From Pseudomonadota bacterium (lineage in GTDB: Archaea > Thermoplasmatota > SW-10-69-26 > JACQPN01 > JAJPHT01), in assembly GCA_021325135.1 (NCBI GenBank), contig JAJPHT010000046.1, positions 96,001 to 160,000 of the forward strand: a stretch of DNA of 64,000 nucleotides, read 5' to 3'. The position numbers were made by a program, and so were the translations under genes. Below are positions 14,645 to 23,200 of the stretch, piece by piece; the stretch's first letter is position 1, and each line of letters opens with the position of its first letter. The notes under the pieces are model-generated. The model was not told the DNA's origin. It saw only the letters and a program-made list of their open reading frames with translations, and made no database searches.

Positions 14645-15370
14645 TTAAGGCGATTCTTGCGCGCGGCTTCCCCAGAGCGCCACGCGCCCGTAGGCCCAGA
14701 GGATCGCGAGGGCCGCCAGCGACGCGCCCACCGTCTCCGTCATGCCCGGGTCGATCCACCCCAGAAGCCCCACCGCGGGCCCCGCGGCGCCCACGCCGAT
14801 GCCGAACGCCAGGAGGCTCCCGCGCAGGCGCGTCGGCCCCGCGGGCGTGCGGCGCGTCAGCGCGAAGAGCGCCAGCACGGCCGCCACCGGCACCGCCAGG
14901 AGAAGGACGCCCAATGCCTGCCCCGAGACGCCCAGGTCGCCCCTCAGGATGAGGTCCAGGAGACGCCCCCGCGAAAGCGCGCCGTCGGGCGCGTACGACA
15001 AGGCCCCCAGCGAGACCACCGTGTACGCCGCCGCCCCCAACACGACCAGCGTCAGGTGCCGCCGCTGCCCCGTCGCCACGAAGCCCACGTGGTACGCGAG
15101 GCCCGCCAGCGCCACCGCCACCAGCGCCATGCGCGCCTCCGCGAAGGACCGCGCGAACGCCACGTCCACCGGCCCCGACGCCAGCAGCGCGGCCTCCAGC
15201 GACTGCGCCGCGCAGAGCGCCCCGCCCGCCGTCCACCACACCACGAACGCGCGCCGCGCGCCGCCCCCCGACTCCGGCACGGGGCGCCTCAGGACCGCGA
15301 CCGTCGCCACCACGCACGCGACCGCCGCGACCCCGTAGGCCAGGGCGAGCAGCGGAAGCGCAGATGGCAT
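14645..15370 (-). CDS. Multi-pass (about 7 TM) membrane protein
   Basis: Seven hydrophobic stretches; AF.VWW motif echoed in 45116..45886; alternative start 15391. Confidence 0.6.
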   Translation of the reverse strand: MPSALPLLALAYGVAAVACVVATVAVLRRPVPESGGGARRAFVVWWTAGGALCAAQSLEAALLASGPVDVAFARSFAEARMALVAVALAGLAYHVGFVATGQRRHLTLVVLGAAAYTVVSLGALSYAPDGALSRGRLLDLILRGDLGVSGQALGVLLLAVPVAAVLALFALTRRTPAGPTRLRGSLLAFGIGVGAAGPAVGLLGWIDPGMTETVGASLAALAILWAYGRVALWGSRAQESP

Positions 15371-15504
15371 GCGTCGTCTCTCGCCCTCCACGGCTCATCA
15401 ACGCATCGCGACGCCGATTCCCGCCATGCCGCGCCCACGCCCCTCTGAGCCCCCAGAGCCCTTAAATGGGGGGACCGGCATCGCGCGGCCCGGAGCCCGC
15501 TCCC

Positions 15505-15681
15505 ATGCTCTCCCAGAAGATCACCGACATCTGCTCGTCGTGCGGCACCCGCCTGCTGGGCAAGTCCACGACCTCCTTCAAGTGCCCCGCCTGCGGCGAA
15601 GGCCACATCGGCCGCTGCGCGCAGTGCCGCGACCAGAGCGTCCACTACAAGTGCGACGCCTGCGGCTTCATGGGCCCCTGA
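15505..15681 (+). CDS. Archaeal zinc-finger protein (DUF1610/HVO_2753-like)
   Basis: CSSC...FKCPACG...I.RC..CR.....YKC..CGF.GP; usual position upstream of aEF-1beta. Confidence 0.9.
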   Translation: MLSQKITDICSSCGTRLLGKSTTSFKCPACGEGHIGRCAQCRDQSVHYKCDACGFMGP

Positions 15682-15690
15682 GGTGCCAAC

Positions 15691-15984
15691 ATGAGCCACT
15701 CCGCCCCCAAGCTCGACCTCATCGTCGAGTTCAAGCTCATGCCCGAAGGCGCCGAGGTCGACGTCAAGCACCTCGGCCAGACCGCCCTCGACACCGTCAA
15801 GAAGGTCGCCCCCGACGCCAAGGTCCAGAACGTCGAGTTCAAGCCCGTCGCCTTCGGCCTCAAGTCGGTCAACGTCACCATCCTCATGTCCGACGCCGCC
15901 GGCGGCCCCGACGCCCTCGAAGAGGCCTTCAACGGCCTCGACGGCGTCGGCAGCGCCTCCGTCGTCGAGATGGGCCGCATCTGA
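15691..15984 (+). CDS. ef1b: Translation elongation factor aEF-1beta
   Basis: KLMPE..EVD, PVAFGLK, GG.D.LEE, V.S..V...GRI; GAGGTG ribosome-binding site. Confidence 0.92.
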   Translation: MSHSAPKLDLIVEFKLMPEGAEVDVKHLGQTALDTVKKVAPDAKVQNVEFKPVAFGLKSVNVTILMSDAAGGPDALEEAFNGLDGVGSASVVEMGRI

Positions 15985-16042
15985 GCCTGCGGCCCCGGGC
16001 TCCTTTTCCATTCTCACATCCTTTCTCCGAGCGTGAGCCACG

Positions 16043-16210
16043 ATGGACCCCGGGCTCTGCGGGACCTGCCGGCACGCGAAGCGCATCGAGACCGCCAGGA
16101 GCACCTTCTGGATGTGCCAGCGGGCCGCCGACGAGCCGCGGGTGTTCGCCAAATACCCGAGGTTGCCGGTGGTGGGGTGCGGGGGGTACGAGGGGAGGGA
16201 GATTGGTTGA
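16043..16210 (+). CDS. Small four-Cys protein (MDPGLCGTCRHAKRIETARSTFWMCQRAADEPRVFAKYPRLPVVGCGGYEGREIG)
   Basis: 55-aa ATG ORF absent from the track; CxxC...C...KYPRLPV..C pattern. Confidence 0.65.
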   Translation: MDPGLCGTCRHAKRIETARSTFWMCQRAADEPRVFAKYPRLPVVGCGGYEGREIG

Positions 16211-16247
16211 CGGGTTCGACTTTGAGCGGAGGTGGGCGCAGGTGCGC
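16205..16247. repeat. Dispersed 43-bp repeat, copy 1 (inverted relative to 24803..24845)
   Basis: GGTTGACGGGTTCGACTTTGAGCGGAGGTGGGCGCAGGTGCGC matches the reverse complement of 24803..24845 with one mismatch. Confidence 0.85.
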
Positions 16248-16390
16248 ACGGGTGAACCCAGGCGGGCGCGGTTGGTCCCAGGTGGATGGACATCAGGGCA
16301 GTTGGCCCTAACAGGCCCGACCTGGATCGACCTTCGCCCCTCCGGGCGGACCTGCGCGGAGACGGGCCCAGTTCCGTCCAGCCGCGCGCA

Positions 16391-17113
16391 TCACGCCGGC
16401 CGATCGCCCAGGTACAACCGCCCGACGTTAGGGTCGGCCAGCAGCTCGGCCCCCGTGCCCGTGTAGGCGTTCTTGCCCTGGTCCAGCACGTAGCCGCGGT
16501 CGCTCTTGAGGAGGGCCTTCTTGGCGTTCTGCTCGACGAGGAGGACGGGCGTCCCGGCGTCGGCGATGCGGCGGGCCTGGTCGAAGACGAGGTCCTGGAG
16601 GTTGGGGGCGAGGCCGGCGCTGGGCTCGTCGAGGAGGAGGACGGCGGGCTCCATCATGAGGGCGCGGCCGATGGCGACCATCTGGCGTTGGCCCCCGCTC
16701 ATGCGGCCGACGCGCTCCTTGGCGCGCTCGCGCAGGACGGGGAAGAGGTCGTGGACGCGGGCGCGCGCTTCGGCGATCTCCTTGGGGGGGAGGAGGAAGG
16801 CGCCCATGTCGAGGTTCTCGTCGACGGTCATGGTGGCGAAGACGTTGTTGACCTGCGGGACGTAGGCGAGGCCTTCGCCGACGAGCTTGTCGGGCGCGTG
16901 GCCGGTGATGTCCTTTCCCAGGAGGCTCACCGATCCGCCGCGGGGCTTGAGGAGCCCGGCGATGGCCTTGAGGAGCGTGCTCTTGCCGGCGCCGTTGGGG
17001 CCGAGGATGCAGACCAGCTCGGCGGGCATGACCTCGACGCTAGCGCCCTGGAGGATGTTCACCTCGCCGTAGCCCGCGACGACGCCTTCGGCGGCCAGCA
17101 CAGGGTCGGGCAT
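16391..17113 (-). CDS. livF: Branched-chain amino acid ABC transporter ATPase
   Basis: GPNGAGKST, MSGGQRQM, LLLDEPSAGL, VEQN. Confidence 0.92.
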   Translation of the reverse strand: MPDPVLAAEGVVAGYGEVNILQGASVEVMPAELVCILGPNGAGKSTLLKAIAGLLKPRGGSVSLLGKDITGHAPDKLVGEGLAYVPQVNNVFATMTVDENLDMGAFLLPPKEIAEARARVHDLFPVLRERAKERVGRMSGGQRQMVAIGRALMMEPAVLLLDEPSAGLAPNLQDLVFDQARRIADAGTPVLLVEQNAKKALLKSDRGYVLDQGKNAYTGTGAELLADPNVGRLYLGDRPA

Positions 17114-17893
17114 TCAGGCGGCGCCTCCGAGGTAGGCCTCGATGACGTCGGGGTGGGCGCGGACGGTGGCGGCGTCGCCTTCGATGAGCTTCCTGCCGGT
17201 GGCCATGACGACGATGGGGTGGCAGCGCTCGAAGACGGCTTCCAGGTTGTGCTCGACGAGGACGAAGGTGATGCCGCGCTCGCGGCGGAGGGCCTCCACT
17301 TTGTCGAGGAGCTTGCGGGCGAGGGTGGGGTTGACGCCGGCCATGGGCTCGTCCATGAGGACGAGGCGCGGCTCGCGCATGAGGGCGCGCGCCAATTCCA
17401 GGAGCTTCTTCTGGCCTCCGGAGAGGGAGCCCGCGTAGCTGTCGGCGAGGCGCGTCAGCTCGAAGAGCGATAGCATCTCGTCGGCCTTCCGGCGCAGCGC
17501 CTCCTCCTCGTGGCGGACCTGCGGCGCGGCGAAGAGGGGCCCCCAGACGCGCTCGCCCACCTGCCCGTCGGGGGCGAGCATGAGGTTCTCGCGCACGGTC
17601 ATGCGGGAGAGCGCGCGGGTGAGCTGGAAGGTGCGCGCGATGCCGCGGCGCGCGCGGCGCCACGCGGCGAGGCGCGTCACGTCCTGGCCCTCGAAGAGGA
17701 CCTTGCCGGAGGTGGGCCTGTAGGCGCCGGCGAGGAGGTTGAAGTACGTGGTCTTGCCCGCGCCGTTGGGGCCGATGATGCCCGTGAGCGTGCCGCGGCG
17801 GACCTTGAGCGTCACGCCGTCGACGGCCTTGAGGCCCCCGAACTGCTTGCGCAGGTCGACGGTCTCCAGGATGATATCACCCTCATTTGCCAA
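17114..17893 (-). CDS. livG: Branched-chain amino acid ABC transporter ATPase
   Basis: FGGLKAV, GPNGAGKTT, GIARTFQ, LSGGQKKLLE, DEP.AGVNP, V.EAYLG. Confidence 0.92.
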   Translation of the reverse strand: MANEGDIILETVDLRKQFGGLKAVDGVTLKVRRGTLTGIIGPNGAGKTTYFNLLAGAYRPTSGKVLFEGQDVTRLAAWRRARRGIARTFQLTRALSRMTVRENLMLAPDGQVGERVWGPLFAAPQVRHEEEALRRKADEMLSLFELTRLADSYAGSLSGGQKKLLELARALMREPRLVLMDEPMAGVNPTLARKLLDKVEALRRERGITFVLVEHNLEAVFERCHPIVVMATGRKLIEGDAATVRAHPDVIEAYLGGAA

Positions 17894-19160
17894 GGGACAT
17901 CTCCTCCTTGGAGCCCACGAGGCCTTGGGGCCGCAGCATGACGACGAGGATGAGGACGAGGCCCACGAGGATGGCCTGGGGCGGGCCGGCGAAGGCGATG
18001 TGGTGCTGGGTGAAGAAGGGGAGCGAGGTGAGGTTGCCGGCCAGCTCGAAGATGCCCCAGATGAGGATGGCGCCCACGATGGCGCCCTTGTGGTTGCCCA
18101 CGCCGCCCAGGACGAGGATGGCGAAGCTGTAGAAGGTGACGATGGCGAGGAAGTCCTCGGGGACGACGCTGGCGACGTTCCAGATGAACAGGATGCCGGC
18201 GACGGCCGCGAGGGCGCTGCCGATCATGAGGGCTTGGAGCTTGTAGAGGAGCGCGTTCTTGCCCAGGGAGGCGGCGACGTCCTCGTCCTCGCGGATGGCC
18301 TTCAGCACGCGGCCCCAGGGCGCGCGGGCCAGCGTCTCCAGGAGGACGAACGCGATGGCGACGCAGAGGATCCCCATGGCGGCGTTGGCGAGGCCCGTGG
18401 GCAACACGTTCCAGTGCTTCGCGAGGTCCTTCATCCACTGCGTGTGCGTGGCCCAGTCGAAGATGGGGCGCGGCACGCTCTGGATGCCCTGCGAGCCGTT
18501 GGTGATATCCGCTTCGTTGAGGGTGAGGAGGAAGACCACCTGGGAGAAGCCCAGGGTCGCGATGGCGAGGTAGTCCTCGCGCAGGCGCAGGCCCGCGAGG
18601 CCCACGACGAGGCCCGCCAGCGTGCTCGCGGCGATGCCGATGAGGACGCCCAGGAAGACGGTGGCGTTGAGCGCGCCGCGCGGGCCCAGGGGGTACATGG
18701 TGGCGCCCGCGTAGATCGCGGCGGCGAGCCCCAGCGCGGCGGCGATCCCGATGGCGACGCGGCGGCGCTTCGCGAAGCGTTGCGCGACCTGGAGCGCGAG
18801 CGCGTAGACGAGGAATCCCAGGCAGAGGGCGATGAGCGCGATGACGGCGAACGCCCACGGCTGCGCGCCCTGGAGCGCGGGCACCACGGCGTCGCGCTGC
18901 TTGAGGACGAAGACGGCGGCGCCGTACGCGCCCAGGCCCATGAACGCGACGTGGCCGAAGTTGAGCAGGCCCGCGTAGCCCATCTCCACCGAGAGGCCCA
19001 GCGCGAGGAGCGCGTAGATGGCGACGGTCATCGCGACGCCCAGGAGGTACGTCCCGCGCAGCGCGTGGTCGGGGCTCATGAGGCCGAAGAGGGAGAGCCC
19101 GCCGAAGACGACGACGAGCGTGCCCGCGAGCACGAGCCATTCGCGGACGCCGCGTCGCAT
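17883..19160 (-). CDS. livM: Branched-chain amino acid ABC transporter permease
   Basis: GYAGLLNFGHVAF, LRLREDYLAIATLG, PWGRVLKAIREDE, ILVLGGVG; ATG overlaps the livH stop. Confidence 0.9.
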   Translation of the reverse strand: MRRGVREWLVLAGTLVVVFGGLSLFGLMSPDHALRGTYLLGVAMTVAIYALLALGLSVEMGYAGLLNFGHVAFMGLGAYGAAVFVLKQRDAVVPALQGAQPWAFAVIALIALCLGFLVYALALQVAQRFAKRRRVAIGIAAALGLAAAIYAGATMYPLGPRGALNATVFLGVLIGIAASTLAGLVVGLAGLRLREDYLAIATLGFSQVVFLLTLNEADITNGSQGIQSVPRPIFDWATHTQWMKDLAKHWNVLPTGLANAAMGILCVAIAFVLLETLARAPWGRVLKAIREDEDVAASLGKNALLYKLQALMIGSALAAVAGILFIWNVASVVPEDFLAIVTFYSFAILVLGGVGNHKGAIVGAILIWGIFELAGNLTSLPFFTQHHIAFAGPPQAILVGLVLILVVMLRPQGLVGSKEEMSLGK

Positions 19161-20221
19161 CACGCCTTCCTCCCGAGGATGCCCTGCGGCCGGAGGATCA
19201 GCACGGCAACGAGGACGAGGAACGCCCACGCGATGTCGTACTTGGCGGGCCCGATGCGCATGGCGAGGCCCACGACGAGGCCGCCCACCATGGCGCCGTA
19301 GGGGCTCCCGATGCCGCCCAGCAGCACGGCGGCGAAGATGGGGATGATGACGTTGAACCCCATGTCGGTGCGCAGGCTGTTGTTCTGGTTGAGGCAGAGC
19401 AGGACGCCCGCGAGGGCCACCAGCGCGGCGGCCAGGACCCAGACGTGGACGACGACGCGGTTCACGTCGATGCCGCACACCCTCGCGAGGTCGCGGTTGT
19501 CCGCCAGGGCACGCATCGCCTTGCCCGTGCGCGTGCGCGACATGAAGAGGTGGACGCCCAGGATCACCAGCGCCGCGAGGGCGAGGGTGAGCCACTGCGC
19601 GTTGGAGACGTAGACACCCAGGTACGAGCGCGAGGCGTCCACCGTGCGCTGGAGGCTCACCTGGTCGCCGCCGAAGGCCATCTGGATCGCGTTGCGCAGG
19701 ATCAGCGAGAGGCCCAGGCTGGCGATGACGAGGCTCAGCACGGTGGCGCCGCGGCGGCGCAGGGGCCGCCAGAGGGCGAGCTCCAGGAGGACGGAGAGGA
19801 GCACCGTGGCGGCGATGCCCAGGAGCGTCGCGAGGACGAGCACGCGGTCCGTGGTGCCCAGCCACGCGCCGGGCTGGCGCCACTGCACGTAGGCCGCGTC
19901 CAGCGCCAGCGCCAGGGCGAAGCCCGCGAGGACCCACCGCTCCAGGCGCGCGAGCTTGCGCGTCCAGAGGCGATCTGCCAGCACCGCCAGGCCGATCACG
20001 ATCGCGACGCCCAGCGCGAGAGGCACGATCCTCGCTCCCAGGTAGAGGCTCGTGCCGAAGAGGAACGCCATGTACGCGCCGAAGGTCAGCGTGTCGCCGT
20101 GCGCGAAGGTGGAGAGGTTGAGGATGCCGTAGATCAGCGTGAGCCCGATGGCGCACAGCGCGAGGATCGCGCCGAACACGAGGCCGTTGGCGACGGGCTG
20201 CAGCCACGCGCTGAGGTCCAC
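19160..20221 (-). CDS. livH: Branched-chain amino acid ABC transporter permease
   Basis: AIGLTLIYGI..L..FAHG, TRTGKAMRA, LLGGIGS.YGA, RPQG..G. Confidence 0.9.
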   Translation of the reverse strand: MDLSAWLQPVANGLVFGAILALCAIGLTLIYGILNLSTFAHGDTLTFGAYMAFLFGTSLYLGARIVPLALGVAIVIGLAVLADRLWTRKLARLERWVLAGFALALALDAAYVQWRQPGAWLGTTDRVLVLATLLGIAATVLLSVLLELALWRPLRRRGATVLSLVIASLGLSLILRNAIQMAFGGDQVSLQRTVDASRSYLGVYVSNAQWLTLALAALVILGVHLFMSRTRTGKAMRALADNRDLARVCGIDVNRVVVHVWVLAAALVALAGVLLCLNQNNSLRTDMGFNVIIPIFAAVLLGGIGSPYGAMVGGLVVGLAMRIGPAKYDIAWAFLVLVAVLILRPQGILGRKA

Positions 20222-20300
20222 GGGAGATGGCTCCGTCTTCTTTCTATGGGCTCCTGCGGGAAAACCATATCGCTACGGCGCGGGCGCGGTGATGACCTCC

Positions 20301-20397
20301 TGGTCAAGGGTCCAAAGAACGCGACGAGCGCCACGAGCGCAAAGGACGCAAAGGAAGAAATCATCGCGACCTTGGCGCTCTTTGGACCCTGGACGAG
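20301..20397. repeat. Palindromic MITE/REP-like element, copy 1 (same family as 61430..61549)
   Basis: TGGTCAAGGGTCCAAAGA left end, TCTTTGGACCCTGGACGAG right end, internal 9-nt tandem units. Confidence 0.8.
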
Positions 20398-20401
20398 TGG
20401 A

Positions 20402-21388
20402 TCAAAGCGCGTACTTGCCGCGCTTCTGGACCTGCACGCCGTCGAGCCACACGTCGGTGTCGAGGATCACCACGTCGACGTGGGTCCGCGCGTTCCAGGG
20501 CGCGCCGGTCTGGTCGCCGTAGGGGTTGCCGAACGCGACGTGGACGCCGGGGATCTTCTCGTCCTGGAGGAGGTTGCCCACGAGCTTCGTGAGGCCCAGG
20601 TTTGTGCCCATGGCGAACTCGCCGGCGCGCGTGCCCATGGGGTCCGAGAGGAGATATTCCTTGAACTCGCGCACGACGTCGGGGTTGCCCCCGGTGATGG
20701 TGTCGACCTGCACCTTGCTGTCGCGCACCTCGAAGCGGAGCGGAGGGACGAGTTCCTCGTACTTCTCCGAGAAGAAGTCGCCCAGGAGGTTGGTCACGAT
20801 GGTGCCGTGGAGCCAGACGGGCGCGGTGTAGACCTCGCCCGCGGGGAGGTTGCCCCAGTCGCCCTTCGCGTGGAACTTGCCCGTGTCGGGGAGCCACTTC
20901 CAATCGGGGTGGAAAACGACCTCGAAGTCGGTGCCGTTGGGGTTCGTGACGCGGGCCTTGCGGACGCCCTGCACGCGGTGGAAGAGCCTCATGGTGAGGT
21001 CGGCGACCGCGTCGTAATCCGCGTTCATGCCCATCTCCATGAGCTGCGTCGTGACGCCGGGCATGTGGCCGTGGCGCGCGCTCTTGAGGTGCTTGCGGTA
21101 CGCCATGCGCACGGGAAGCTCGCCCTTGACGCTGGCGGCGGCCCAGAGGGAGACGTCCGCGCGCTCCGCGGCGTCGGCCAGCGCCTTGGGGACTTCCACG
21201 AGGGGGCGCGGGCCGAACTCCTCCAGCACGAAGCGGTGGACCTTGTCGGTGACCTTGCGCGCGGCCTTCTCCAGCGCGTCGCCCACCTCGGGGACCTTCC
21301 GGTCGGTGACGAGGACGACCGACTCGCCCGGCTTGACGCCCATGCACGTCTCGATGGCGTTGCGCGCGCCCTGCTCCAGCTTGGACAC
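20402..21388 (-). CDS. M29 family (thermophilic-type) aminopeptidase
   Basis: GNLPAGEVYTAP, GEFAMGTN, DEKIPGVHVAFG.PY, THVD. Confidence 0.85.
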   Translation of the reverse strand: MSKLEQGARNAIETCMGVKPGESVVLVTDRKVPEVGDALEKAARKVTDKVHRFVLEEFGPRPLVEVPKALADAAERADVSLWAAASVKGELPVRMAYRKHLKSARHGHMPGVTTQLMEMGMNADYDAVADLTMRLFHRVQGVRKARVTNPNGTDFEVVFHPDWKWLPDTGKFHAKGDWGNLPAGEVYTAPVWLHGTIVTNLLGDFFSEKYEELVPPLRFEVRDSKVQVDTITGGNPDVVREFKEYLLSDPMGTRAGEFAMGTNLGLTKLVGNLLQDEKIPGVHVAFGNPYGDQTGAPWNARTHVDVVILDTDVWLDGVQVQKRGKYAL

Positions 21389-21435
21389 GCAGGCGCCACC
21401 GGCGCGCAGGGGAAAAAAGGTGGCGCCCTCGCGGC

Positions 21436-22305
21436 TCAGGCCAGGGGGCGGAGGTCCCAGCCGAACGTGGGCTGGCCGCCCAGGCCGCCCTCCCCCAGGA
21501 AGGCGTCCATGGCGCGCCGCGCGGCCGTCTCCGTCTCGGGCTGCGCGACGTGCAGCCACCCCCCTGTTGCCCCGTGCGAGCCCGCGAAGAGAAAGAGCGA
21601 GGCCGGCCCCTCCTCCACGCTGAACGCCAGCGTCGAGAAGGAGAACGTGAGGACCCACGGGCCTATCGTGTACGTCGCCTGCGCGCTCCCGCCGTTGAGG
21701 GGCTCGGGCTCGGGGAGGTCGCCCGGGGCGAGGTCGCGCAGGAGCGCGTCGAGGCGGAAGGGCCCCGAGAGGTTCGCGGCCGCGCTCTCCCGGGTGGCGG
21801 GCGCCTTGGGCTGCGTGCGGAGCTGGCTGAAGTCCCAGTCGGACTCGCGCGCGCGGGAGAGCGCGTCGTCCATCCACGCCCCGCGCGCGGACCCGTTGAG
21901 GCTGGTGAGGTCCGCGAGCACGCCGTCGAGGCGCTGGCGGACCTCATCCTGCCCCAGGCGCACGTCCCAGTCCGCGGTGAGGGTCGCGTTGCCCGGGTCC
22001 GCCGCCAGAAGCGCGGCCTGGAAGGAGGCTCGCCCCGCGCGCGGGTCGGACGAGGCCCACGTCGCCTGCTGGAGCGCGTGCGCGCCCCAGCGCGCCTCCA
22101 GCCGCGGGTCCGCCAGGGGTACGCCTTGCGCGGGACGGAGGCGGACGTGGGGGTTCCCTGCGTCGAGGAGCGCCTGGAGCGCGTCGCGCAGGCGGGGCCC
22201 GTCGGCGTGCACCGTCCAGTCGGTGTGGCAGTCGCATCGCGGGGCGCTGGCCGCGCACCCCGCCGACGCCAGCACGGCCACGAGAAGCAGGACCCGCGCG
22301 CGCAT
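21436..22305 (-). CDS. Predicted lipoprotein, paralog of 22353..23105 (CxCH after the lipobox)
   Basis: MRARVLLLVAVLASAGC lipobox; CDCH; shares G.PL....L.ARWG and G.W...FSF with its neighbour. Confidence 0.6.
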   Translation of the reverse strand: MRARVLLLVAVLASAGCAASAPRCDCHTDWTVHADGPRLRDALQALLDAGNPHVRLRPAQGVPLADPRLEARWGAHALQQATWASSDPRAGRASFQAALLAADPGNATLTADWDVRLGQDEVRQRLDGVLADLTSLNGSARGAWMDDALSRARESDWDFSQLRTQPKAPATRESAAANLSGPFRLDALLRDLAPGDLPEPEPLNGGSAQATYTIGPWVLTFSFSTLAFSVEEGPASLFLFAGSHGATGGWLHVAQPETETAARRAMDAFLGEGGLGGQPTFGWDLRPLA

Positions 22306-22352
22306 CCGCGGCTTCCACGAAGGCGCGCCGCATGGGCCTTTCGGAACCGGCC

Positions 22353-23105
22353 TCAGCCGGTGGGCACCAGGGGCCACGACACCGCGCCGGGCGCGATGCC
22401 CGCGTCTCCCAGCAGATCGGCCAGCGCGGCGCGCGCCCCCGCCTCGTCCCGGGGCCCTGAAAGGGTGAGGAGCAGGCTGTAGCGCCCGCGCGGGTTCGCG
22501 TCCAGCAGCAGGCGATCGCCGCCGCGCGTCGCGTCCACGTGCGCGAGGGGGAAGGAGAACTGGAAGCGCCACGCGCCCGCGACGACGGGCTCGCCCGCGA
22601 AGATCGCGTGGTCCTCGTCGCCCAGGATCCGCGGCGCGAGGCGCGCCCAGAGCAGGTCCGCCCGCGGCGCGCCGTCCACGAGGGCGGGGCGCCCCGCGGC
22701 CAACGCAGCGACGAGGCGATCCTCCCGCGCGGCGTCCGCGAGGCTCAGGTTGGCCAGGAGGCCACGCACCAGGGGACGCAGCGCCGCGGCGTCGCGCGTC
22801 CCGTCAACCTGGAGGTGCGCGTCGCCCAGGAAGATCGTGAGCGCGGGCCCGGTCGCGTTGGGCGCGTAGGAGGCGCTCATCATCAGGTAACGGGGTCCCC
22901 AGCGCGCCGCGAGCGAGGCGTTGGGAAGCGGAAGCCCCGCGGGGTCCTGGCGTTGCGCACGGGGGCTGGCGTTCACCGCGTCGAACGCGCGCGGGTCCAC
23001 GCCCTGCGCCTGCCACGCAGCGTGGCACTCGTCGCACGACGCGTGCGTCGCACACCCGGGGGCCAGGAGGAGCGCGAGCAGGAGAAGGGCCGCGACGGCG
23101 CGCAC
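22353..23105 (-). CDS. Predicted lipoprotein with CxxCH motif
   Basis: VRAVAALLLLALLLAPGC lipobox; SCDECH. Confidence 0.6.
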   Translation of the reverse strand: MRAVAALLLLALLLAPGCATHASCDECHAAWQAQGVDPRAFDAVNASPRAQRQDPAGLPLPNASLAARWGPRYLMMSASYAPNATGPALTIFLGDAHLQVDGTRDAAALRPLVRGLLANLSLADAAREDRLVAALAAGRPALVDGAPRADLLWARLAPRILGDEDHAIFAGEPVVAGAWRFQFSFPLAHVDATRGGDRLLLDANPRGRYSLLLTLSGPRDEAGARAALADLLGDAGIAPGAVSWPLVPTG

Positions 23106-23200
23106 GGGCCCGCACCCGGCCCACGGCTCATCAGGCCTTGCCCCTGGAAACCCGCCAGCCTCAAGAGACACCTCCGCGGCCATGAGGATGGGGTCGCGCC

